DNA of 64,000 nucleotides from Elsinoe ampelina (lineage: Eukaryota), in assembly GCA_010093995.1 (NCBI GenBank), contig ML992505.1, positions 164,921-228,920 on the forward strand. The letters are read 5' to 3'. The notes under the pieces were generated by a model. That model had not been told where the DNA came from and did not search any database. It saw only the letters and a list, made by a program, of their open reading frames with translations. Below, in pieces: positions 59,657-64,000 of this stretch; the stretch's first letter is position 1, and every line of letters begins with the position of its first letter. A program made the translations under genes and the position numbers.

Positions 59657-60607
59657 CTACTTTACTACCTGCCAGTCCACCCCTACAAGGACCCTATTGC
59701 CTTTGGGATCCATCTCCCAAGTCGGATCTCGGATTCCTAGTCTATCCCCCTGTCTGACAGTGATCCCAGGTTTGCTCTCCAGCATTGCAGAAACTCTACT
59801 CCCGTTCGAGGTCCGGGCCTCTAATAATAGTACCCCATCTTCCTCGATCTGCTCCACTTCCAAGACGGCAGAAAAGCCAGACACGTCTGCTCGCCTTGAA
59901 GCGGTAGATGTTCCTAGCTCCGTAATCCAGGACTGCATCTCGGCAGCCATTCCACCAGGAACAAAGCGCTGACCACGTCGGTGGGGTGAGAAGAATTCCG
60001 GGGAAGGATCAATAGCGTGAGAAGGTAGAGAAGACCTCAGGAAGGATGGCTTCGAGGATGCGATTGGTTCGGAACTTGGGAATGCTGCTGCCTGGGACAG
60101 GAAACGAGCATTAGGCCGTCTTGGTGAAGTTTCTGTTGGGTGGATGTCTTCTTCGACACGCCTTCGCTTACTGTAAGGCTCCTCATTCGACTGGTCATGA
60201 TACCGTGATGCCGCGTGGTCTTGCTCTGTTGTGGGATAGATGTGTGTACCAGTTGGTGGAAGTTCGTCCTCCGAGCTTGCTTCCAGCTGATCCTCGACAC
60301 TCGTTCTCAGGCTGAATCTAGGCTTGGACGATTGCGTACTCGTCAACTGTGTGCTATGCTCGGTGGACGATGTTGCGAATCGAGGCACTGTCCGAGGTGT
60401 TGGCGGAGGCGCTGAGGGTGAAGGAGCTGTGGGTTGTGGGCCATAGCTCGGTCGCAAGGGCTGGTTATTTGATGTGTTTGAGCTCTTCTTCTTGGTCAAG
60501 AATCTGTGAGGAGATGGTTTCTGCAGTCGTCAACGCCCTGAGCTGTGGCCATTGGTTCATTCACAACTCACAGCTTGCCGCGGCGGCGGCGGTGGCGGGG
60601 GATCCAT
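59657..60607 (-). CDS. Conserved-looking fungal hypothetical protein (probable intron ~60522-60571)
   Basis: MDPPPPPPPRQA spliced to KPSPHRFLTKKK; PEFFSPHRRGQRFVPGGMAAEMQSWI and C-terminal GIRDPTWE...VGVDW. Confidence 0.65.
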
Positions 60608-60928
60608 GCAGCATCCATACTTTCATCGAAGACTTTGCTTCCTGACCATACTACATCGACATCGTATCACAGCAACGTTCTATGAGATCCTTGGAGTGAG
60701 TTGCAGATGATCTGAGATGATGAAGCCAAAGATTCGGTTGTGTCCAAACTGAGCAGAAGCCGCCCGCAACGACGCTGAAGGTGACGCTCTGGCTTGATCA
60801 CGGCATATAACCGAGCGACCACGACTATAACAGTACAATTCGCTGTGACCTTGACGTGAATTCTGTGAGTATCACTCTCTCAAAGCTTCCAGATTCTCTC
60901 CTTGAAAGTGCAAGCTCTCCAACCCAAC

Positions 60929-61819
60929 ATGACAACCCCGACCCCCCAATCCATCTCCCTCACCCGCCCCACCGACTCCACCCCCCTCCGCCTCTCCACC
61001 ATCTCCGCCCCACCCACCACCTCTCCCGCCCGTGGCACTGTCCTCCTCATCCACAACTTCCCCCTCACATCCCACCAATTCTACCACGTCACGCCCCTCC
61101 TCACAGCGCAAGGCTACCACCTCCTAATCCCAGACCACACCGGCGCCGGCCTCTCCTCCCGGCCCCTCTCCAACTTCACCAAATCCGCCCTCGCCTCCGA
61201 CCTCCTCGCCCTCATCGACGCCCTCTCCCCTCCCGAACCACTCTACCTCGTCGCCCACGACATAGGCGGCATGATCGGCGCCGCCTTCTGCCTGCAATAC
61301 CCTGCCCGCGTCCGCGCAGCCGTACTAGGCGAGTGTCCCCTCCCGTCCACGTCCGCGGATGACTTCGCCCGGCGCGACGAAGGCCACTTCCACTTCCCAT
61401 TCCAGTCACACGTGGATCTCGCCGTCGCGCTTGTCACGGGTAAAGGGGAGATGTATCTACGGTATTTCTTCGATCGACAAGCTCATCAACGGGGGCGCAT
61501 CACGGACGAAGACATCGCGGTGTTCACGAAGGCGTGTTCCCAGTCTGGGGCGTTGAGGGCGGCGTTCATGACGTATCAGGCTTTGGGGAGGGATAGGGAG
61601 GAGTTCAAGGCTTGGAGGGAGTGGGGGAAGGGGTCGACGGAGGTGTTGGCGCTTTGTGGGGGGGAGAGTCATTGGGGAAAGGAGCCGGGGAGGTTGTTGG
61701 AGGAGGTTTTTGAGAGGGTGGAGGAGGGGAAGGTGAGGGGTGCGGGGCATTATGTTGCGTTGGAGGAGCCGGAGGGGTTTGTGCAGATGGGGGTGGGGTT
61801 TTTAAGGAGGTATGAATAG
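60929..61819 (+). CDS. Alpha/beta hydrolase (epoxide hydrolase/haloacetate dehalogenase-like)
   Basis: LLIHNFP, PDHTGAGLS, VAHDIGG (Asp nucleophile), FHFPF, GAGHYVALEEP. Confidence 0.9.
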   Translation: MTTPTPQSISLTRPTDSTPLRLSTISAPPTTSPARGTVLLIHNFPLTSHQFYHVTPLLTAQGYHLLIPDHTGAGLSSRPLSNFTKSALASDLLALIDALSPPEPLYLVAHDIGGMIGAAFCLQYPARVRAAVLGECPLPSTSADDFARRDEGHFHFPFQSHVDLAVALVTGKGEMYLRYFFDRQAHQRGRITDEDIAVFTKACSQSGALRAAFMTYQALGRDREEFKAWREWGKGSTEVLALCGGESHWGKEPGRLLEEVFERVEEGKVRGAGHYVALEEPEGFVQMGVGFLRRYE

Positions 61820-61895
61820 GGGAGCAGGAAGGGATGAGGGGTGGGAGGAGGATGTATTGGTATTGGACATTATTTGACGACAAGGCAGTGATGAT

Positions 61896-63441
61896 TTAAG
61901 CTGGGATCCAACCTGTTCCCTTGGCGCGAAGCTGTCTTGTAACTTCGTCCATGCTGACACCTAGAGCTCGCTCAAGGTATCTTGGGATCTCAATATTGTC
62001 GTGGTTGCCAGCGAGAGCAAGCTTGAGCTCGTCACCCATGCGACCTTTGGCGTATCCGAAGAGGGTGGTGTCAACACCGGTGTGACCACCGGTAGACCAC
62101 TTGAGACCAGACCTGGTGTTGAGAACATTGGCCAAATTTAGGGCGAAGCTGTCGCCACCCGCAACGAGCTGCTCGATCTCGGCAGGAGTAGCGTCGGAGA
62201 CCCCGTATGCGGGCAGGATAGTGCTTGTCAGGAAGCTACGGCGGTCGGTGCCGTTGTAGCTCCTGAATTCATCAGCGAGAGTCTCGGCGGTCTTCTTCGC
62301 GCCGGTAAGAGCCTTGACATTGTATCTGCTTGGAATGGTCAGACCACCAGTCTCGTGATCAGCAACGGAAATCATGGCAGTGTCTGGGTGATCATCGATC
62401 CATCTGCGGACCAACGCCATGACACGCTCGTACTCGAGGACTTCGTGCAGGTGGGCGGCACCATCGGAGGCATGGGAAGCGTGGTCGATGCGGCTAGCTT
62501 CAATCATCAGGAAAAAGCCCTTGCCACGCTTGACCAAGCAGCGGAGTCCACGGCACCTGGTGGCATTCTCGAGAGCTTCGAGGGCCTGGCTAGTCATTTC
62601 CGACAAAGATGGCTCACGTTCAGCCTCTGGCTGCTGCTGGCGGTCAAGGTCATAGTTGAGGTCACCATCGTTGAAAGTGCCGAGCCATGGAAGATTGATG
62701 CGGCCGCGTGACTCCGAGATGGCGTTAAAGGCGGAGCGGTTGGTAGCCACATAGTAGCCTTTCTCGCGAGCAAATTTGAAAATGTCAAGGTCATCTTCGC
62801 GGCAAGAAGTAGGGTCTGATTGGGGCTTGAAGTAGCAGCGACCACCGCCAAGTAGGACATCGACAGACTGGTTGAGGGGATGCGACAAGCCGACCTGTTG
62901 CTCGACAATGGCGGCGAAGGCATTACGATCGATGACATGCGAAGAGAAAGACGCTGGTGTGGCATGGTTAACGATGCTAGTAACAACCAGACCGGTCAGA
63001 TATCCCTCGAGCTTTGCCGCCTCGAGGATGGTCCCGACGGGTTGGTTGTCGGCAGTGACACCGATGGCACCGTTGTTGGTCTTGAACCCAGATGCGAGAG
63101 CAGTTCCGGCAGCGGCGGAGTCAGTGACCAGATTGTTGGCGGAATGCGTCCTTGTGTTGCCAATGGGCTATCATAGAGTCAGATTATGACAGCGTTGTGT
63201 AGCACGATTACTCACCATCTCATCGATGCTGATACCACTGTTCAGGGCATCGAGGTACGTTCTTGCGATAGTCTGCGACACTGGGGCCATGCCATCTTGA
63301 TTGACAGTATCAGCATTCATCAATATGACTCTCGACGAGTGGCATACCGGGAATAACAAAGATGAAGTTCTTCGGCTTGTCTCTGAAAATAGCGAGGGCC
63401 GCAGGGGCAAAGGCTGCGGAAAGTAGGATTGAAGAACGCAT
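61896..63441 (-). CDS. Secreted alkaline phosphatase; 2 introns near the 5' end
   Basis: Signal peptide MRSSILLSAAFAPAALA; NFIFVIP-DG, VTDSAAAGTA (phospho-Ser), HATPA, LLGGG, FFLMIEASRIDHASH, ADHETGG, GHTGVD. Confidence 0.95.
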
Positions 63442-64000
63442 TGTGGCGACAATGGAGGCTGATGAGACATTGTAGCTGGGTATGACCTGCATATAAATAC
63501 TGCTCCGCCGTCTTCATACGTTGTGAAATGAGTCGGACGCCACACGGGTAGTAACGCTTGGAGCGGCTCTGTGCCCTGCATGTCCACCCTTTCGATACCA
63601 CGTTCTTGAAGTCGTAGGGGAAGGGTCGGCCATGTTACCTCTCCAGCGCGGTGGAAACACTTTGGTCAAGAGTCCATCTCTCTTGGCTCTGGCTGGCCAA
63701 GCAGTCCGGAACAGGAAGGCTAAAATGAAGCTGAACCCACGTGTTGCAAAACTGACTCTTGAACAGTAGAAAGCTCTGGCCAGGGGAAAGTGAATGCGGT
63801 TCGGTAGCAATAATTGGGATTACCAAGAAGAAAATTCTATAGCAATGCAAGACTATTGTCTTGATGCCAAGAGATACTCACGGTCAAGATTGTATGATCT
63901 GCACATCGTCGTCGCTCAGGGTCGCAGCCGGCCGGGTTATCTCCTGACCAGGAACACTATGCAGACAAGCACTCAAAGAGACGATAAGGTGACATGATTT

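Overview
Eukaryotic, intron-containing DNA from a filamentous ascomycete (probably a Dothideomycete; not provable from this window). Bases 1 to about 13,880 are an AT-rich, RIP-degraded block. It holds a plus-strand Ty3/Gypsy chromovirus whose integrase is split by a complete minus-strand Gypsy element (231-bp LTRs, TTCTA target-site duplication). The remaining ~50 kb is gene-dense. Housekeeping genes include neutral ceramidase, OTU2, NADP-IDH, MED1, glutamine synthetase, ALG13, RSM24, Inn1/Fic1 and alkaline phosphatase. Two glycan-related modules stand out. (i) Two PLOD/LH3-like glycosyltransferases, a nucleotide-sugar transporter and UDP-glucose dehydrogenase at 15.7-23.2 kb. (ii) A GT34-like transferase facing an intronless, membrane-anchored, WbpP-like epimerase fused to a GT77-like domain at 47.9-51.9 kb. 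Module (ii) lies between a hidden, damaged hydrophobin and a frameshifted KP-43-type subtilase. Also noted are a Rhizopus-type CBM21-GH15 glucoamylase and recurrent C-rich to G-rich skew switches. All family calls come from motif recognition by eye; no searches were run.
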